Shown here piece after piece: positions 1 to 11,977 of a DNA stretch of 64,000 nt; position 1 is the first letter of the stretch; each line of letters opens with the position of its first letter. The DNA is from a virus. Taxonomy: Duplodnaviria > Caudoviricetes. Location of the stretch: IMG/VR virus record IMGVR_UViG_3300017991_000056, positions 1 to 64,000 of that record. The stretch is one strand, 5' to 3'. The position numbers were made by a program, and so were the translations under genes. The notes beneath the pieces are model-generated. The model searched no databases, had not been told where the DNA came from, and saw only the letters and a list, made by a program, of their open reading frames with translations.

Positions 1-3000
1 ATTCAGGGGTGGCAGGGTGTCCAGGGATGGCAAGGCGCTCAGGGTTGGCAGGGAGATGTTGGGTTCCAGGGAGTCGATGGCATTCAGGGGTGGCAGGGCG
101 TCCAGGGATGGCAAGGCGCTCAGGGTTGGCAGGGAGATGTTGGGTTCCAGGGAGTCGATGGCATTCAGGGGTGGCAGGGCGTCCAGGGATGGCAGGGAAC
201 GGGTCTTCAGGGACCAGGCGGGGCCACTGGGCCGGTAGGCGATCGGGGTGCTCAGGGAAGCCAGGGTGTCGAAGGTTCCCAGGGCGTTCAGGGAAGTCAT
301 GGCCTCACGGGTCCGCAGGGCTACGAGGGTCCCCAGGGTCCGGGGCCTGCCGGTCCTCAGGGAAACCAGGGCGCTCAGGGTTGGCAGGGCAATCAGGGTG
401 CTCGAGGTCCTCAGGGATGGCAGGGCGCTCAAGGATCTCAGGGTGTCCAGGGCCTCCGGGGTTTTCAGGGTGTTCGTGGGCTTCAGGGCGTGCAGGGCCT
501 TGGAGGCTTTCAGGGTTTCCAGGGTGTTCGTGGCTTCCAAGGCTGGCAGGGCAATCAGGGATGGCAGGGTTTCCGTGGCTTCCAGGGCGTTCAGGGTTTT
601 CAGGGGAATCGGGGTAGCCAGGGTGTCCAGGGGCCGCAGGGTTTCCAGGGATGGCAGCGTGTTCGTGGCTTCCAAGGCTGGCAGGGCAATCAGGGCCTTC
701 GTGGCAACCAGGGCGAGAGGGGTTTCCAAGGTGTCCAGGGGCTTCGCGGCTTCCAGGGATGGCAGGGAAGACAGGGCGATCAGGGCTGGCAGGGTTTTAT
801 GGGTCCGCAGGGTGTTCGTGGCTTCCAAGGCTGGCAGGGTGTCCAAGGCGCCAGGGGACTTCAGGGGGACCAGGGCATCCAGGGTGCCCAGGGGTCGCAG
901 GGCTTCAGGGGCTTCCAGGGAAATCAAGGATGGCAAGGCCACCAGGGCTGGCAGGGTCCGCGAGGCTTCCAGGGCGATCAGGGATGGCAGGGCGTCCAGG
1001 GTCCCCAAGGCTTCCAGGGCTACCAGGGCGTCCAGGGTCTTCAGGGTGTTCGTGGTCTTCAGGGAAACCAGGGATGGCAGGGCGTTCAGGGTGCTCGTGG
1101 TCCTCAGGGCGACCAGGGATGGCAGGGCGTCCAGGGCGCTCGTGGCTTTCAGGGGTGGCAGGGCGTCCAGGGTGCTCGTGGTTTTCAGGGCAATCAGGGA
1201 TGGCAAGGGCCCAGAGGCTACCAGGGCGTTCAGGGAGTGCGTGGGTATCAAGGATGGCAAGGGAATCAGGGGAGCCAAGGGTGGCAAGGCGTCCAGGGAC
1301 TCCAGGGTCTTCGTGGTCTTCAGGGCAATCAGGGCCTGCGTGGGTTGCAAGGTTGGCAAGGAAGCCAGGGCAACCAAGGCATTCAGGGGGCGCAGGGCTG
1401 GCAGGGCGACTTCGGTGAGACAGGGTTCCAGGGCGAAGTGGGGTTCCAGGGGAGCCAGGGCTGGCAAGGTGTCGGACTTCAAGGGCCAGGTGGAACAACG
1501 GGACCGGTCGGAGATCAAGGACCACAAGGCAGCCAAGGCTTCGATGGAGACCAGGGTGTCCAGGGACCTGGTGGAGCAACTGGTCCCCAGGGCTATGAAG
1601 GCTCTCAGGGACCTGGTCCGGCAGGTCCACAAGGCCATCAAGGCCCGCAGGGCAACCAGGGCTTCCGTGGGTTCCAGGGGAGTCAGGGCAGTCAGGGTAG
1701 TCAGGGCTGGCAGGGTTTCGGATTCCAGGGAGCCGAGGGGAACCAGGGGTGGCAGGGAGTTGCCGGCAATCAGGGTCTTCGTGGGTTTCAGGGCTGGCAA
1801 GGTGAAAGAGGCCATCAGGGGGTCAGAGGCTATCAGGGCAATCAGGGTCGTCAGGGGTTTCAGGGCGTTCGTGGTTTTCAAGGTGTTCAGGGCTGGAGGG
1901 GCTTCCAGGGCTGGCAAGGGAACCAGGGATGGCAGGGGTCGATCGGGATTACAGGTGTCCAGGGGCCTCGCGGTCTCCAGGGCGTCCAGGGAGTCCGTGG
2001 GCATCAAGGCTATCAAGGAAATCAGGGTTGGCAGGGTGAGCGCGGCTATCAAGGTGTTCAAGGGGCCAGGGGCAACCAGGGCTGGCAGGGTCCGCGAGGC
2101 TTCCAGGGCGACCAGGGATGGCAGGGCGTCCAGGGTCCTCAAGGCTTCCAGGGCTACCAGGGCGTCCAGGGTCTTCAGGGTGTTCGTGGTCTTCAGGGAA
2201 ACCAGGGATGGCAGGGCGTTCAGGGGTTTCAGGGCGCCCAGGGTCTCCGTGGCTTCCAGGGAAACCAGGGTGCTCAGGGTATCCGGGGTCTTCAGGGCAA
2301 CCAGGGTTGGCAGGGGAATCAGGGCTGGCAGGGTCTTCAGGGCAACCAGGGTTGGCAGGGCGCTCAGGGTCCTCAGGGCCTTCGGGGTGTTAGGGGTTTC
2401 CAGGGGGTTCGTGGCTTCCAGGGCAATCAGGGCGTGCAGGGATGGCAAGGCGTTCAGGGTGTTCGTGGGCTCCAGGGCAACCAGGGACGGCAAGGCGTTC
2501 AGGGGCCGCAGGGCTTCAGGGGATTCCAGGGCTGGCAGGGTCTTCAGGGCGTTCGTGGCCACCAGGGAACTCAGGGAGTCCGGGGTCTTCAAGGCTACCA
2601 GGGTTGGCAAGGTGTTCGGGGTGTTCAGGGGTGGCAGGGGGTTCAGGGGAATCATGGTCCCCAGGGTGTCCAGGGTCTCCGGGGTTTCCAGGGAAATCAG
2701 GGAAGCCAAGGCGTCCAGGGTCTCCAGGGTTTCCAGGGAAATCAGGGAAGCCAAGGCGTCAGGGGTTTCCAGGGCAATCAAGGCCTTCGCGGGCTTCAGG
2801 GTGTTCGTGGGCCCCAGGGCAATCAGGGTGTTCAGGGAGTTAGAGGTTTCCAGGGTTGGCAGGGCGTTCAGGGCCTGCGAGGTCTCCGAGGTTTCCAGGG
2901 GAGCCAGGGATGGCAGGGGAATCAAGGCAACCGGGGGCTTCAGGGAGTTTGGGGCTTCCAGGGATGGCAAGGCGTCCAGGGCGTCCGAGGGCTTCAGGGA

Positions 3001-6000
3001 TCCCAGGGGCTTCGTGGTTTCCAGGGCAACCAGGGACGGCAAGGCGTTCAGGGTCTCCGTGGTTTCCAGGGAAACCAGGGACGGCAAGGCTGGCAGGGTT
3101 CGCAGGGCGAGCGCGGGCTCCAAGGGAATCACGGTCTTCAAGGTGTTCGTGGCTGGCAGGGAAACCAGGGCGCCCAGGGCTGGCAGGGTCTTTGGGGCTC
3201 CCAGGGCAATCAGGGCTCTCAGGGATGGCAGGGAAATCAGGGCTGGCAGGGCGCTCAGGGCGCTCGTGGCCTTCAGGGGTGGCAGGGCTTCCAGGGCAGG
3301 CAGGGAGTTCAGGGTCCTCAGGGTGTTCGTGGTCTTCAGGGAAACCAGGGGGTCAGAGGCTTTCAGGGCTGGCAGGGCTGGCAGGGCTGGCAGGGCGTCC
3401 AGGGGAATCAGGGTTTCCAGGGCAATCAAGGTGTCCAAGGCGTTCGTGGCTTCCAGGGAAATCAGGGAGTCCGTGGCTTCCAGGGCAATCAAGGTGTCCA
3501 AGGCGTTCGTGGCTTCCAGGGTTGGCAGGGTCCTCGTGGCCTCCAGGGCAATCAGGGCTGGCAGGGTGATCAGGGTGTTCAAGGTGTCCAGGGCAACCAT
3601 GGAAGGCAGGGCGTCCAGGGCTGGCAGGGAACAGGTCTTCAGGGACCTGGTGGAGTTACGGGGCCGGTAGGAGATCAGGGTGCCCAGGGAAGCCAGGGTG
3701 TCGAGGGGACGCAGGGGAACCAGGGCTGGCAGGGCCTCACGGGTCCCCAGGGCTACGAGGGTCCTCAGGGTCCGGGTCCGGCCGGCCCCCAGGGAGTCCG
3801 TGGTTTCCAGGGCAATCAAGGCCTCCGCGGGTTCCAGGGCGTTCAAGGCGTCCGCGGGCCTCAGGGCAATCAGGGTGTTCAGGGAGTCAGAGGTTTCCAA
3901 GGCCCTCAGGGCAATCAGGGCTTCCAGGGCTCGCAGGGCGTTCGTGGCCTCCAGGGAAATGAGGGAGTCCGTGGCTTCCAGGGTTTCCGAGGCTTTCAGG
4001 GGAATCAGGGCCGGCAGGGGCTTCAGGGAGTTCAAGGAGTTCGAGGCCTCCAGGGCAACCAGGGCTGGCAAGGCGTTCGGGGAGTTCAGGGGCTTCGTGG
4101 CTTCCAGGGCGTTCAGGGCAGCCAGGGCTGGCAGGGTGTTAAGGGCTGGCAGGGCAACCAGGGAGTTCAGGGCGTTCAGGGCTGGCAGGGCGACCAGGGT
4201 TTCCAGGGCGACCAGGGTTTCCAGGGTTCGCAGGGCGTTCGAGGTTTCCAGGGCGTTCAGGGGTGGCAAGGTGTTCAGGGTTCGCAGGGTCCTCGGGGCT
4301 TTCAGGGAAACCAAGGTTGGCAAGGTGCTCAGGGCCCTCGGGGCAACCAGGGCGTTCAGGGGGCTAGGGGCCTCCAGGGCTGGCAGGGCTGGCAAGGAGC
4401 CCAGGGTCCGCAGGGTCTCCGTGGCAACCAGGGCGCACAGGGCCCTCGGGGCAATCAGGGCTTCCAGGGTTCGCAGGGAGTTCGTGGCTTCCAGGGCAAC
4501 CAGGGAAGTCAGGGAATCAGGGGCCTCCAGGGCAACCAGGGCTGGCAGGGCGTTGGGGGGACTCAGGGCCTCCTGGGCTTCCAGGGCAACCAGGGAAGCC
4601 AGGGCTGGCAGGGGAATCAGGGCCTTCGTGGTTTCCAAGGGAACCAGGGAGCTCAGGGTTCTCAGGGGCTTCGAGGGTTCCAGGGCAACCAGGGAAGCCA
4701 GGGCTGGCAGGGCGCTCAGGGTCCTCAGGGCCTCCGGGGCGTCCAGGGTTTCCAGGGTCCTCAGGGTCTAAGAGGCTTCCAGGGATGGCAGGGCAACCAG
4801 GGCGTTCAGGGCAACCAGGGCGAGAGAGGTTTCCAAGGTGTCCAGGGCGTTCGTGGTTTCCAGGGCGACCAGGGTTTTCAGGGCGACCAGGGTTTCCAGG
4901 GTAATCAGGGCGCCCAGGGCGAGAGAGGTTTCCAAGGTGTCCAGGGCGTTCGTGGTTTCCAGGGCTACCAGGGTTTCCAGGGCGACCAGGGTTTCCAGGG
5001 TAATCAGGGCGCCCAGGGCGAGAGAGGTTTCCAGGGTAATCAGGGCGCCCAGGGCGAGAGAGGTTTCCAGGGCAACCAGGGCGCCCAGGGCCTCCGAGGC
5101 TTCCAGGGCAATCAAGGTGCCCAGGGTCTAAGAGGCTTCCAGGGATGGCAGGGCAACCAGGGCGTTCGTGGTTTCCAGGGCAACCAGGGCGTTCAGGGCA
5201 ATCAGGGTGTCCAGGGTCTAAGAGGCTTCCAGGGTATCCAGGGAGTTCAGGGGCTTCGTGGCTTCCAGGGCAACCAGGGCGTCCAGGGCCTTCGAGGCTT
5301 CCAGGGATGGCAGGGCAACCAGGGTATCCAGGGAGTTCAGGGGCTTCGTGGCTTCCAGGGCAACCAGGGATGGCAGGGTTGGCAGGGGGATATTGGGTTC
5401 CAGGGAGTTGATGGCGTTCAGGGCTGGCAGGGCGTCCAGGGCTGGCAGGGAACAGGTCTTCAGGGACCTGGTGGAGCTACGGGGCCGGTAGGAGATCAGG
5501 GTGCCCAGGGAAGCCAGGGTGTCGAGGGGACGCAGGGGAACCAGGGCTGGCAGGGCCTCACGGGTCCCCAGGGCTACGAGGGTCCCCAGGGTCCGGGTCC
5601 GGCCGGCCCCCAGGGCGCTCAGGGATGGCAAGGTGTTCGCGGCTTCCAGGGTGTTCGTGGGCTTCAGGGTGTCCAGGGCAACCAGGGAGTGGATGGGTCG
5701 CAGGGCGCTCAGGGATGGCAGGGTCTTCGCGGCTTTCAGGGTGCTCAGGGCAACCAGGGCTGGCAGGGCGTTCGGGGAATTCAGGGTTTTCAGGGCCTTC
5801 GAGGTTTCCAAGGTTGGCAGGGCGTTGGGGAGACCGGTGTTCAGGGTTCTCAGGGTCCGCAAGGCGTTCGTGGTTTTCAGGGCAACCAGGGCAACCAGGG
5901 CTGGCAGGGCAACCAAGGTTGGCAAGGCGTTCAGGGTGTTCATGGCTTCCAGGGCTGGCAGGGCGCTCAGGGCTTCCAGGGTCTGCAGGGTCCGCAGGGG

Positions 6001-6579
6001 CCCCAGGGCTTCCAGGGCTGGCAGGGGCTCCAGGGCCCGCAGGGGCTCACCGGGCCGTTCGAGGCGGTATCCGAGATCATCACGGAGCCGACGCATGGTT
6101 TCACGGCGGGCGACGTGGTGCGGTTCGACGGGGCGAACTACGTCAAGGCGCAGGCGGACAGCGAGACGAACGCCGAGGTCATCGGGATAGTCAAGAACGT
6201 CATCGATCCCGACACTTTCGAGCTTGCCTACATCGGTGATCTGACGGGGCTGTCGGGCTTGACGCCGGGTGAGGTGTACTACCTCTCGGACGTCACGGCT
6301 GGGCTGCTGACGACGACGGAGCCGACGGCCAACGGGACGGTCTCCAAGCCGCTCCTGATCGCGAACTCCTCGACGACCGGGGTCATGTTCAATTTCCGAG
6401 GCTTCGTCAATGGCGGGATAACGGGTACGACGCAGCAGCTGGCGGTGGTGACGGACATGGTGTACTATCCGTCCACCGGAAACTTCGACAAGATATACAG
6501 GACGATCACGTTCACGGGCTCGATAGGCGCGCAGGGTGCCCAGACAGTGTTCACGGCGACCGGCTGTCAGGGTGGTTGA
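1..6579 (+). CDS. Giant Gly-X-Gln collagen-like fibre protein, 5'-truncated by the window edge, with a C-terminal capsid-decoration-like domain
   Basis: Frame 1 reads as G-X-Q/R triplets from base 1 ([15 protein letters not shown]...) and is in frame with the 490..6579 ORF. Triplets run to ~6054 (~2000 aa). A globular tail follows ([45 protein letters not shown]). Confidence 0.9.
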   Translation: MQGWQGVQGWQGAQGWQGDVGFQGVDGIQGWQGVQGWQGAQGWQGDVGFQGVDGIQGWQGVQGWQGTGLQGPGGATGPVGDRGAQGSQGVEGSQGVQGSHGLTGPQGYEGPQGPGPAGPQGNQGAQGWQGNQGARGPQGWQGAQGSQGVQGLRGFQGVRGLQGVQGLGGFQGFQGVRGFQGWQGNQGWQGFRGFQGVQGFQGNRGSQGVQGPQGFQGWQRVRGFQGWQGNQGLRGNQGERGFQGVQGLRGFQGWQGRQGDQGWQGFMGPQGVRGFQGWQGVQGARGLQGDQGIQGAQGSQGFRGFQGNQGWQGHQGWQGPRGFQGDQGWQGVQGPQGFQGYQGVQGLQGVRGLQGNQGWQGVQGARGPQGDQGWQGVQGARGFQGWQGVQGARGFQGNQGWQGPRGYQGVQGVRGYQGWQGNQGSQGWQGVQGLQGLRGLQGNQGLRGLQGWQGSQGNQGIQGAQGWQGDFGETGFQGEVGFQGSQGWQGVGLQGPGGTTGPVGDQGPQGSQGFDGDQGVQGPGGATGPQGYEGSQGPGPAGPQGHQGPQGNQGFRGFQGSQGSQGSQGWQGFGFQGAEGNQGWQGVAGNQGLRGFQGWQGERGHQGVRGYQGNQGRQGFQGVRGFQGVQGWRGFQGWQGNQGWQGSIGITGVQGPRGLQGVQGVRGHQGYQGNQGWQGERGYQGVQGARGNQGWQGPRGFQGDQGWQGVQGPQGFQGYQGVQGLQGVRGLQGNQGWQGVQGFQGAQGLRGFQGNQGAQGIRGLQGNQGWQGNQGWQGLQGNQGWQGAQGPQGLRGVRGFQGVRGFQGNQGVQGWQGVQGVRGLQGNQGRQGVQGPQGFRGFQGWQGLQGVRGHQGTQGVRGLQGYQGWQGVRGVQGWQGVQGNHGPQGVQGLRGFQGNQGSQGVQGLQGFQGNQGSQGVRGFQGNQGLRGLQGVRGPQGNQGVQGVRGFQGWQGVQGLRGLRGFQGSQGWQGNQGNRGLQGVWGFQGWQGVQGVRGLQGSQGLRGFQGNQGRQGVQGLRGFQGNQGRQGWQGSQGERGLQGNHGLQGVRGWQGNQGAQGWQGLWGSQGNQGSQGWQGNQGWQGAQGARGLQGWQGFQGRQGVQGPQGVRGLQGNQGVRGFQGWQGWQGWQGVQGNQGFQGNQGVQGVRGFQGNQGVRGFQGNQGVQGVRGFQGWQGPRGLQGNQGWQGDQGVQGVQGNHGRQGVQGWQGTGLQGPGGVTGPVGDQGAQGSQGVEGTQGNQGWQGLTGPQGYEGPQGPGPAGPQGVRGFQGNQGLRGFQGVQGVRGPQGNQGVQGVRGFQGPQGNQGFQGSQGVRGLQGNEGVRGFQGFRGFQGNQGRQGLQGVQGVRGLQGNQGWQGVRGVQGLRGFQGVQGSQGWQGVKGWQGNQGVQGVQGWQGDQGFQGDQGFQGSQGVRGFQGVQGWQGVQGSQGPRGFQGNQGWQGAQGPRGNQGVQGARGLQGWQGWQGAQGPQGLRGNQGAQGPRGNQGFQGSQGVRGFQGNQGSQGIRGLQGNQGWQGVGGTQGLLGFQGNQGSQGWQGNQGLRGFQGNQGAQGSQGLRGFQGNQGSQGWQGAQGPQGLRGVQGFQGPQGLRGFQGWQGNQGVQGNQGERGFQGVQGVRGFQGDQGFQGDQGFQGNQGAQGERGFQGVQGVRGFQGYQGFQGDQGFQGNQGAQGERGFQGNQGAQGERGFQGNQGAQGLRGFQGNQGAQGLRGFQGWQGNQGVRGFQGNQGVQGNQGVQGLRGFQGIQGVQGLRGFQGNQGVQGLRGFQGWQGNQGIQGVQGLRGFQGNQGWQGWQGDIGFQGVDGVQGWQGVQGWQGTGLQGPGGATGPVGDQGAQGSQGVEGTQGNQGWQGLTGPQGYEGPQGPGPAGPQGAQGWQGVRGFQGVRGLQGVQGNQGVDGSQGAQGWQGLRGFQGAQGNQGWQGVRGIQGFQGLRGFQGWQGVGETGVQGSQGPQGVRGFQGNQGNQGWQGNQGWQGVQGVHGFQGWQGAQGFQGLQGPQGPQGFQGWQGLQGPQGLTGPFEAVSEIITEPTHGFTAGDVVRFDGANYVKAQADSETNAEVIGIVKNVIDPDTFELAYIGDLTGLSGLTPGEVYYLSDVTAGLLTTTEPTANGTVSKPLLIANSSTTGVMFNFRGFVNGGITGTTQQLAVVTDMVYYPSTGNFDKIYRTITFTGSIGAQGAQTVFTATGCQGG

Positions 6580-6618
6580 CGCACCTTCGGGTTCTGTCCT
6601 GGCGGGCGGGTTCCGGGA

Positions 6619-6801
6619 ATGCTATACATTCAACGAAGAAGTTCAGATGGCTTGATCCTGAAGTTCACTACCACTGACGAGATCATGGGCGAATGCTGCT
6701 GCAACTTCGAGTATGAACCCTGCGATCCGATCCCGACTCCGACGCCCACCGTGACTCCGACGCCGACCGTCACGCCGACTCCGACCCCGACGCCGACCTG
6801 A
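6619..6801 (+). CDS. Small Cys-rich (CCC) protein ending inside a PT repeat; possibly a truncated paralogue of the PT-repeat gene
   Basis: [40 protein letters not shown].. that stops at TGA TAG directly after the PT repeat. Confidence 0.55.
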   Translation: MLYIQRRSSDGLILKFTTTDEIMGECCCNFEYEPCDPIPTPTPTVTPTPTVTPTPTPTPT

Positions 6802-6900
6802 TAGGTGGTCCTCCGAATTGTGACGAGTGCGGAGGAAGGTGGGCGACGGCCGACTTCGACCTGGCGGGTGCCGGGTCGGCGATGGACGAGAAGGAGGTGG

Positions 6901-7002
6901 ATGAAAGCAATCGCATTGGCAGTGGAGCGTCACTGGGTCCTATCGTATTGGGGTGACATATTACGGGACATGGCCCGTAGGGACGGAGAATGGCGAACGT
7001 AA
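6901..7002 (+). pseudogene. 33-aa remnant carrying a duplicated 5' end (MKAIALA) of the glycosyltransferase gene at 9648
   Basis: RBS AAGGAGGTGG, then ATGAAAGCAATCGCATTGGCA, identical to 9648-9668. Confidence 0.5.
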
Positions 7003-9461
7003 TCATAAGTGAAAAGGTCGCGGAAGTGATCCGGGTGGGTGGCGTCTGTTACGTCTTCAAGCAGAGCACCTCGTTGCAGGTCACGAACCCGCTTGAGGAC
7101 GTTCAGGCCGAGTACGACACTTGCATCCAGTGCACTCCGACCCCTACTCCGACCGTTACGCCGACGCCGACCGTGACACCGACGCCCACCGTGACACCGA
7201 CTCCGACCCCGACGCCGACCGTGACACCCACGCCGACCCCGACTCCGACCGTGACACCCACGCCGACCGTGACACCGACTCCGACCGTCACGCCTACGCC
7301 GACTCCCACTGCGTCGGTGACACCCACGCCGACTCCGACACCGACCGTGACACCCACGCCGACTCCGACACCGACCGTCACTCCGACTCCGACCGTGACA
7401 CCCACGCCGACGCCCACCGTGACGCCGACGCCCACCGTCACGCCGACTCCGACCGTGACCCCGACTCCCACCGTGACCCCGACTCCCACCGTCACGCCGA
7501 CTCCGACTGTCACGCCGACTCCGACTGTCACGCCGACCGTGACTCCGACGCCCACCGTGACCCCGACTCCCACCGTCACGCCGACGCCGACCGTCACGCC
7601 GACTCCCACCGTGACTCCGACGCCGACCGTGACACCGACGCCCACCGTGACACCTACGCCGACTGTTACCCCGACGCCCACCGTCACGCCGACGCCGACC
7701 GTGACTCCGACGCCCACCGTTACTCCGACGCCGACCGTTACCCCGACGCCGACCGTGACTCCGACGCCCACCGTGACTCCGACGCCGACTGTTACCCCGA
7801 CTCCCACCGTTACGCCGACGCCGACTGTCACGCCGACACCGACCGTGACTCCGACGCCCACCGTTACGCCGACTCCGACCGTGACACCTACGCCGACCGT
7901 GACTCCGACGCCCACCGTTACTCCGACGCCCACCGTTACGCCGACGCCTACCCCGACTCCGACTGTCACGCCTACTCCGACTGTCACGCCGACTTCGACC
8001 GTCACGCCTACGCCGACCCCGACGCCCACCGTGACCCCGACGCCCACACCTACGCCCACCCCGACGGTGACGCCCACCGTGACCCCGACTCCGACTGTCA
8101 CACCTACCCCGACTCCGACGGTGACGCCGACTCCGACACCTACGCCGACGCCGACCGTGACACCTACGCCGACGCCTACCGTGACGCCGACCGTGACACC
8201 GACGCCGACTGTCACGCCTACTCCGACTCCGACACCGACCGTTACACCGACACCGACATTGACACCGACGCCTACTTTGACCCCGACTCCGACCGTGACG
8301 CCGACGCCGACCGTGACACCGACGCCCACCGTCACGCCGACTCCGACCGTGACTCCGACTCCGACCGTCACGCCGACACCGACCGTCACGCCGACACCGA
8401 CCGTCACACCGACATCGACCGTGACTCCGACCGTCACGCCTACGCCGACCGTCACGCCGACGCCGACCGTGACACCGACGCCCACCGTCACGCCTACGCC
8501 GACCGTGACACCTACGCCGACTGTCACGCCGACACCGACCGTTACTCCGACTCCCACCGTGACACCTACGCCGACTGTCACGCCGACACCGACCGTTACT
8601 CCGACTCCCACCGTGACACCTACGCCGACTGTCACGCCGACACCAACCGTGACTCCGACCGTCACGCCGACGCCCACCGTGACTCCGACGCCCACCGTGA
8701 CACCGACTCCGACCCCGACGCCGACCGTGACCCCGACTCCGACTGTCACACCTACGCCGACTCCGACCGTGACGCCGACACCGACGCCGACACCGACGGC
8801 GACCTCCACGGTCACTCCGACTCCGACCTCCACGGTCACCCCGACTCCGACTCCTTGGCCCAGCGTCACTCCGACGTGCTGCACGGCCGATACCGATCCT
8901 GCTGACAATGACTGGATAGTTCAGTCGGGAGGCTACGACACCTATGCCGAGGCTTGTGCGGCTCTTGGGGCGGGGAATGTTGCCCTTGGCACCTGGAACG
9001 GCGATAGCTACTATGTCGATTTGAATTGCAGCACGAACCTGCGTGTCTGCCTCGGGTCCGGCCTCAGTTGCAGTGGCTGGACGGCCGCTGACGGCTGCGT
9101 CTGGAAGGTCTTCAATCCGGCCGGCGTCAGCCCCGGGGTCGGCGGCATAGTCGAAATCGAAAAGCCGGTCGGGGAGGGTGGCGGTCATTGCCGGTTCAAG
9201 TTCGTCGCGGCTCCCGCCTTCACGGCCTGCGTGGATCAGGGGGCTTGGTATTGCGTGGCAGCTTTTCATTGTACTGCGGAGGGTTGCCTGGACTGTGAGG
9301 TTGTTACGAGGGAGTGTCTCCTTCTGACTCAGGCGGAAGTAGATGATTATCCCACAGAGTGCAAAGAGGAGGCGGAAATCTGGGGCTATGGTGACATCGT
9401 GGGTGGTCCGTGGTGTACTGAGGCTATTTGTGAGGTGACAGAGAATTGCGACGAGCTGTAG
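6990..9461 (+). CDS. Mucin-like Pro-Thr repeat protein with Cys-rich N- and C-terminal domains; probable virion fibre or surface protein
   Basis: 823-aa ORF with ~575 aa of (TPTPTV)n flanked by Cys-rich globular segments; GGAG upstream of the ATG. Confidence 0.85.
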   Translation: MANVIISEKVAEVIRVGGVCYVFKQSTSLQVTNPLEDVQAEYDTCIQCTPTPTPTVTPTPTVTPTPTVTPTPTPTPTVTPTPTPTPTVTPTPTVTPTPTVTPTPTPTASVTPTPTPTPTVTPTPTPTPTVTPTPTVTPTPTPTVTPTPTVTPTPTVTPTPTVTPTPTVTPTPTVTPTPTVTPTVTPTPTVTPTPTVTPTPTVTPTPTVTPTPTVTPTPTVTPTPTVTPTPTVTPTPTVTPTPTVTPTPTVTPTPTVTPTPTVTPTPTVTPTPTVTPTPTVTPTPTVTPTPTVTPTPTVTPTPTVTPTPTVTPTPTVTPTPTPTPTVTPTPTVTPTSTVTPTPTPTPTVTPTPTPTPTPTVTPTVTPTPTVTPTPTPTVTPTPTPTPTPTVTPTPTPTVTPTVTPTPTVTPTPTPTPTVTPTPTLTPTPTLTPTPTVTPTPTVTPTPTVTPTPTVTPTPTVTPTPTVTPTPTVTPTSTVTPTVTPTPTVTPTPTVTPTPTVTPTPTVTPTPTVTPTPTVTPTPTVTPTPTVTPTPTVTPTPTVTPTPTVTPTPTVTPTVTPTPTVTPTPTVTPTPTPTPTVTPTPTVTPTPTPTVTPTPTPTPTATSTVTPTPTSTVTPTPTPWPSVTPTCCTADTDPADNDWIVQSGGYDTYAEACAALGAGNVALGTWNGDSYYVDLNCSTNLRVCLGSGLSCSGWTAADGCVWKVFNPAGVSPGVGGIVEIEKPVGEGGGHCRFKFVAAPAFTACVDQGAWYCVAAFHCTAEGCLDCEVVTRECLLLTQAEVDDYPTECKEEAEIWGYGDIVGGPWCTEAICEVTENCDEL
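7134..8856 (+). repeat. Degenerate 6/18-bp coding tandem repeat (ccgacg/ccgact/accgtg) encoding PT/TV
   Basis: Periodicity is directly visible; variation falls at third codon positions of the PT frame. Confidence 0.95.
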
Positions 9462-9519
9462 CACGACGAGGCTGAAGGGACAGATGGGTTGGTCGTGAAA
9501 AGATGGCTTAGGCAGAATA

Positions 9520-9636
9520 ATGGCGAACGTCATCATAAGTGAAAAGGTCGCGGAGGTCATCCGGGTGGACGGGACCTGCAAGGCCGTAGGCGGGATTGTT
9601 GATCCTCCGCCACGTGGCGGGAAATATGAGACTTGA
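9520..9636 (+). pseudogene. 38-aa remnant carrying a duplicated 5' end ([16 protein letters not shown]) of the PT-repeat gene
   Basis: 9520-9568 matches 6990-7038 apart from 3 synonymous changes; the ORF stops at TGA 9634-9636. Confidence 0.55.
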
Positions 9637-9647
9637 GAAAGGTGGAA

Positions 9648-11960
9648 ATGAAAGCAATCGCATTGGCAACTGACAGCGTTCTCGGGAACCCGCTCGGGCG
9701 GTCCCTGAAGTATTGCTGCATGACGTGCGGGATCGAGCTCGACACGCACTCCGTGACGGCCGGGTGCGCCGAGTACAAGCCGCTGTTCGAGAAGTACGAC
9801 CAGGTCATCACGTGGAACTGCCGCATGCCTCACAACTGGCCGACGGCCCGGGGCAAGAACGTCCTCTTCGTCGAGAACGCCCTCTTGTCCCAGGGCTGCG
9901 GGGCCTTCGTCGACGCGAGGGGCTTCTTCTCGCAGTCGAACCTTTGCAGGGAGAGGCACTGGGACTCGGTCTCGTACGAGGCTCACGCCGGCCGTGTCAG
10001 GGACTTCGTCCGGGACAAGTTCAAGTGGGAGGCCTTCTCTGGGGGGACGCCCGGCGGCCCGGTCCTGGTGGCGCTCCAGAACTCGCTCGACTGCAACATG
10101 AGGTACGAGTTCCCGTTCGGGGCGAAGAGGGGAGGGGACCGGCTGCTGTCGAGCCTGGAGGTGCTGGCGACGCACCTTCCGAGGTTCGGGGACCGGAAGG
10201 TGCTCATACGGCCGCATCCGCGGTTCATGGCCTGGTGGGACGAGCATTTTGAGGAGTACAGGGGCAAGTTCTGGAGGGACGAGTGGGAGCTCAACCTGGG
10301 GGGCAGCATCTACGAGCTCATGCCGAGCTGCTCGGCGCTGGTGGCGGTGAACTCGACGGTCATCAGCGAGGGCATGACGCTGGGGCTTCCGATAGCCGCC
10401 ATCGGGACGGGCGCCTTCAGCGGGTGCGGGGGAATCCTCGAGTGCGCCGCCGACCCGTCGAGGCTGGGAGAGATCGGGTCATTCGAGCCGGACGTCGAGG
10501 CCTGCAAGAAGTACGTGGCGGCCGTGCTCACGAGGCACCAGATGATGTACGCCTGGAAGCCGACGGAGGTGTTTGCCAACGAGGAGTTCCAGAAGTGGGT
10601 CAAGAGGGGCCGGAGCATGTTCCGGCCGAAGGCCCTCAACATCGGGGTGGACTGGCAGAAGAAGATAGCGGAGAGCAGGAAGGCGAACCCGTTCACGGTC
10701 GACGTCCTGGACAGGCTGAGGAACGAGGGCATGCAGTATCTCGACGCCGACGCCGGAAGCAGAAAGAGGAAGCGGTGCTGCGGGGGCAAGATCAGGAGCG
10801 TGTACCTGGAGCGATGGGAGAGGGAGAGCAAGAGGGGGGATGTCCAGAGGTACGCCAGGCTCGACGAGCTGAAAAGTGGAGGGAGGGTGGTCCTTGGGTA
10901 TTTCGGGAGTGCCCACCTGGGTGACTGCGTCGTCACGACCACGCTGCCTCGGAAGCTCAAGGAGAAGTACGGCTGCGAGGTGATGGTGGTCAGGCACAGG
11001 AGGACCATCGAGGTCTTCGGGAACAACCCGCACTTCGACGGGCACTTCGTCGCCGGCCGCGTCGCGCTCGGGGGGGCGCAGTGCGGGAACGGCACGCATG
11101 TCCAGCGGGTCGAGCGCTATTTCGATCTTCCGGAGGAGCCTTTCTCGAAAGGGGAGATATACTTGACGGAGGGCGAGCAGAGATGGGCGAACGACCTGAG
11201 GGCCAGCTTGCCGGACAGGCCGATCGTCGTCCTCTGCAACGGCTCCGGGACCAACAACACCGAGGACCCGTTCAACCTGCGCCCGTGGCAGGCGTGGGCC
11301 GACGTCATCGGGGAGGGCGCCACGGTGATCCAGCTGGCCATGAAGAGCAAGGCGGCGTACCAGGAGAGGAAGAACCGGCAGGGGATGGCGGACGTGGAGG
11401 CGATCCTGGACGGGCACCTGGTCCTGGCGAACCTGCCGACGAGGATGTTCCTCGCGGTCTTCAGCGTGGCCGACGCCTATTTCGGGACGTGGGCAGCGGG
11501 GTCGCACGCGGCGGCGGCGTTCGGGCTTCATTCGATCGTTCACCTGAACAGCCACTTGAAGGGCTGGCCGGAGTTCCCGGGCAGTACGCGCCTGGAGCAG
11601 TTCCTCTACCCGCAGCACTCGTTCGCGAGGTGGGGCGACGAGGTTCCGCTCCCTCCGGACGAGCTGCCCGCGAGGAAATCCCCGAAGAGGGCGACCCCGG
11701 AGGAGGCCGCGAAAGCGACGGAGGCCGTGGCGGGGGCGGGGGACCAGAAGAGGGCGGCGGCCGAATACGAGGAGGTCGCGGCAGAGATAGACGCCTCCAT
11801 AGATTCCGAGATGCAGGCGCTTCTGACGGCGCATCGAGAGGCTGTTGAGAGGCCAGGCATGGACCCGGCCATATTGGCGGCCGGTAGGTCGGACGTGGTG
11901 AGCGTCTGGCGCCTGAAGAGGCCTCCCGAGGAAGAGAAGGATTGGCCCGCCGGGTCCTGA
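9648..11960 (+). CDS. Two-domain glycosyltransferase: KpsS/KpsC-like (capsule synthesis) N-domain plus GT9 heptosyltransferase-like C-domain
   Basis: IRPHPR and LVAVNSTVISEGMTLGLPIAAIG (KpsS/C-like GT-B motifs); HLGDCVVTTTLPRKLK and ADAYFGTWAAGSHAAAAFG (GT9 motifs). ATG 9648 follows GAAAGGTGG. Confidence 0.75.
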   Translation: MKAIALATDSVLGNPLGRSLKYCCMTCGIELDTHSVTAGCAEYKPLFEKYDQVITWNCRMPHNWPTARGKNVLFVENALLSQGCGAFVDARGFFSQSNLCRERHWDSVSYEAHAGRVRDFVRDKFKWEAFSGGTPGGPVLVALQNSLDCNMRYEFPFGAKRGGDRLLSSLEVLATHLPRFGDRKVLIRPHPRFMAWWDEHFEEYRGKFWRDEWELNLGGSIYELMPSCSALVAVNSTVISEGMTLGLPIAAIGTGAFSGCGGILECAADPSRLGEIGSFEPDVEACKKYVAAVLTRHQMMYAWKPTEVFANEEFQKWVKRGRSMFRPKALNIGVDWQKKIAESRKANPFTVDVLDRLRNEGMQYLDADAGSRKRKRCCGGKIRSVYLERWERESKRGDVQRYARLDELKSGGRVVLGYFGSAHLGDCVVTTTLPRKLKEKYGCEVMVVRHRRTIEVFGNNPHFDGHFVAGRVALGGAQCGNGTHVQRVERYFDLPEEPFSKGEIYLTEGEQRWANDLRASLPDRPIVVLCNGSGTNNTEDPFNLRPWQAWADVIGEGATVIQLAMKSKAAYQERKNRQGMADVEAILDGHLVLANLPTRMFLAVFSVADAYFGTWAAGSHAAAAFGLHSIVHLNSHLKGWPEFPGSTRLEQFLYPQHSFARWGDEVPLPPDELPARKSPKRATPEEAAKATEAVAGAGDQKRAAAEYEEVAAEIDASIDSEMQALLTAHREAVERPGMDPAILAAGRSDVVSVWRLKRPPEEEKDWPAGS

Positions 11961-11977
11961 TCCTGAGGAGATAGAAG

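Noticed and set aside
248-3670. 1140-aa R/A/V/S-rich ORF and similar alternative-frame ORFs over the collagen genes
   Set aside because: These are frame shadows of the G-X-Q repeat; third-position variation preserves the collagen frame only.
6799-6804. Stop-codon recoding suggested by TGA TAG between ORFs 6619 and 6805
   Set aside because: Known genes in the window end at TGA or TAG where expected, coding density is high under code 11, and no suppressor tRNA is seen.
7103-8908. Minus-strand (VG)n ORF and plus-strand (DADRH)n ORF
   Set aside because: Antisense and frame shadows of the PT repeat; only the PT frame has an RBS and globular ends.
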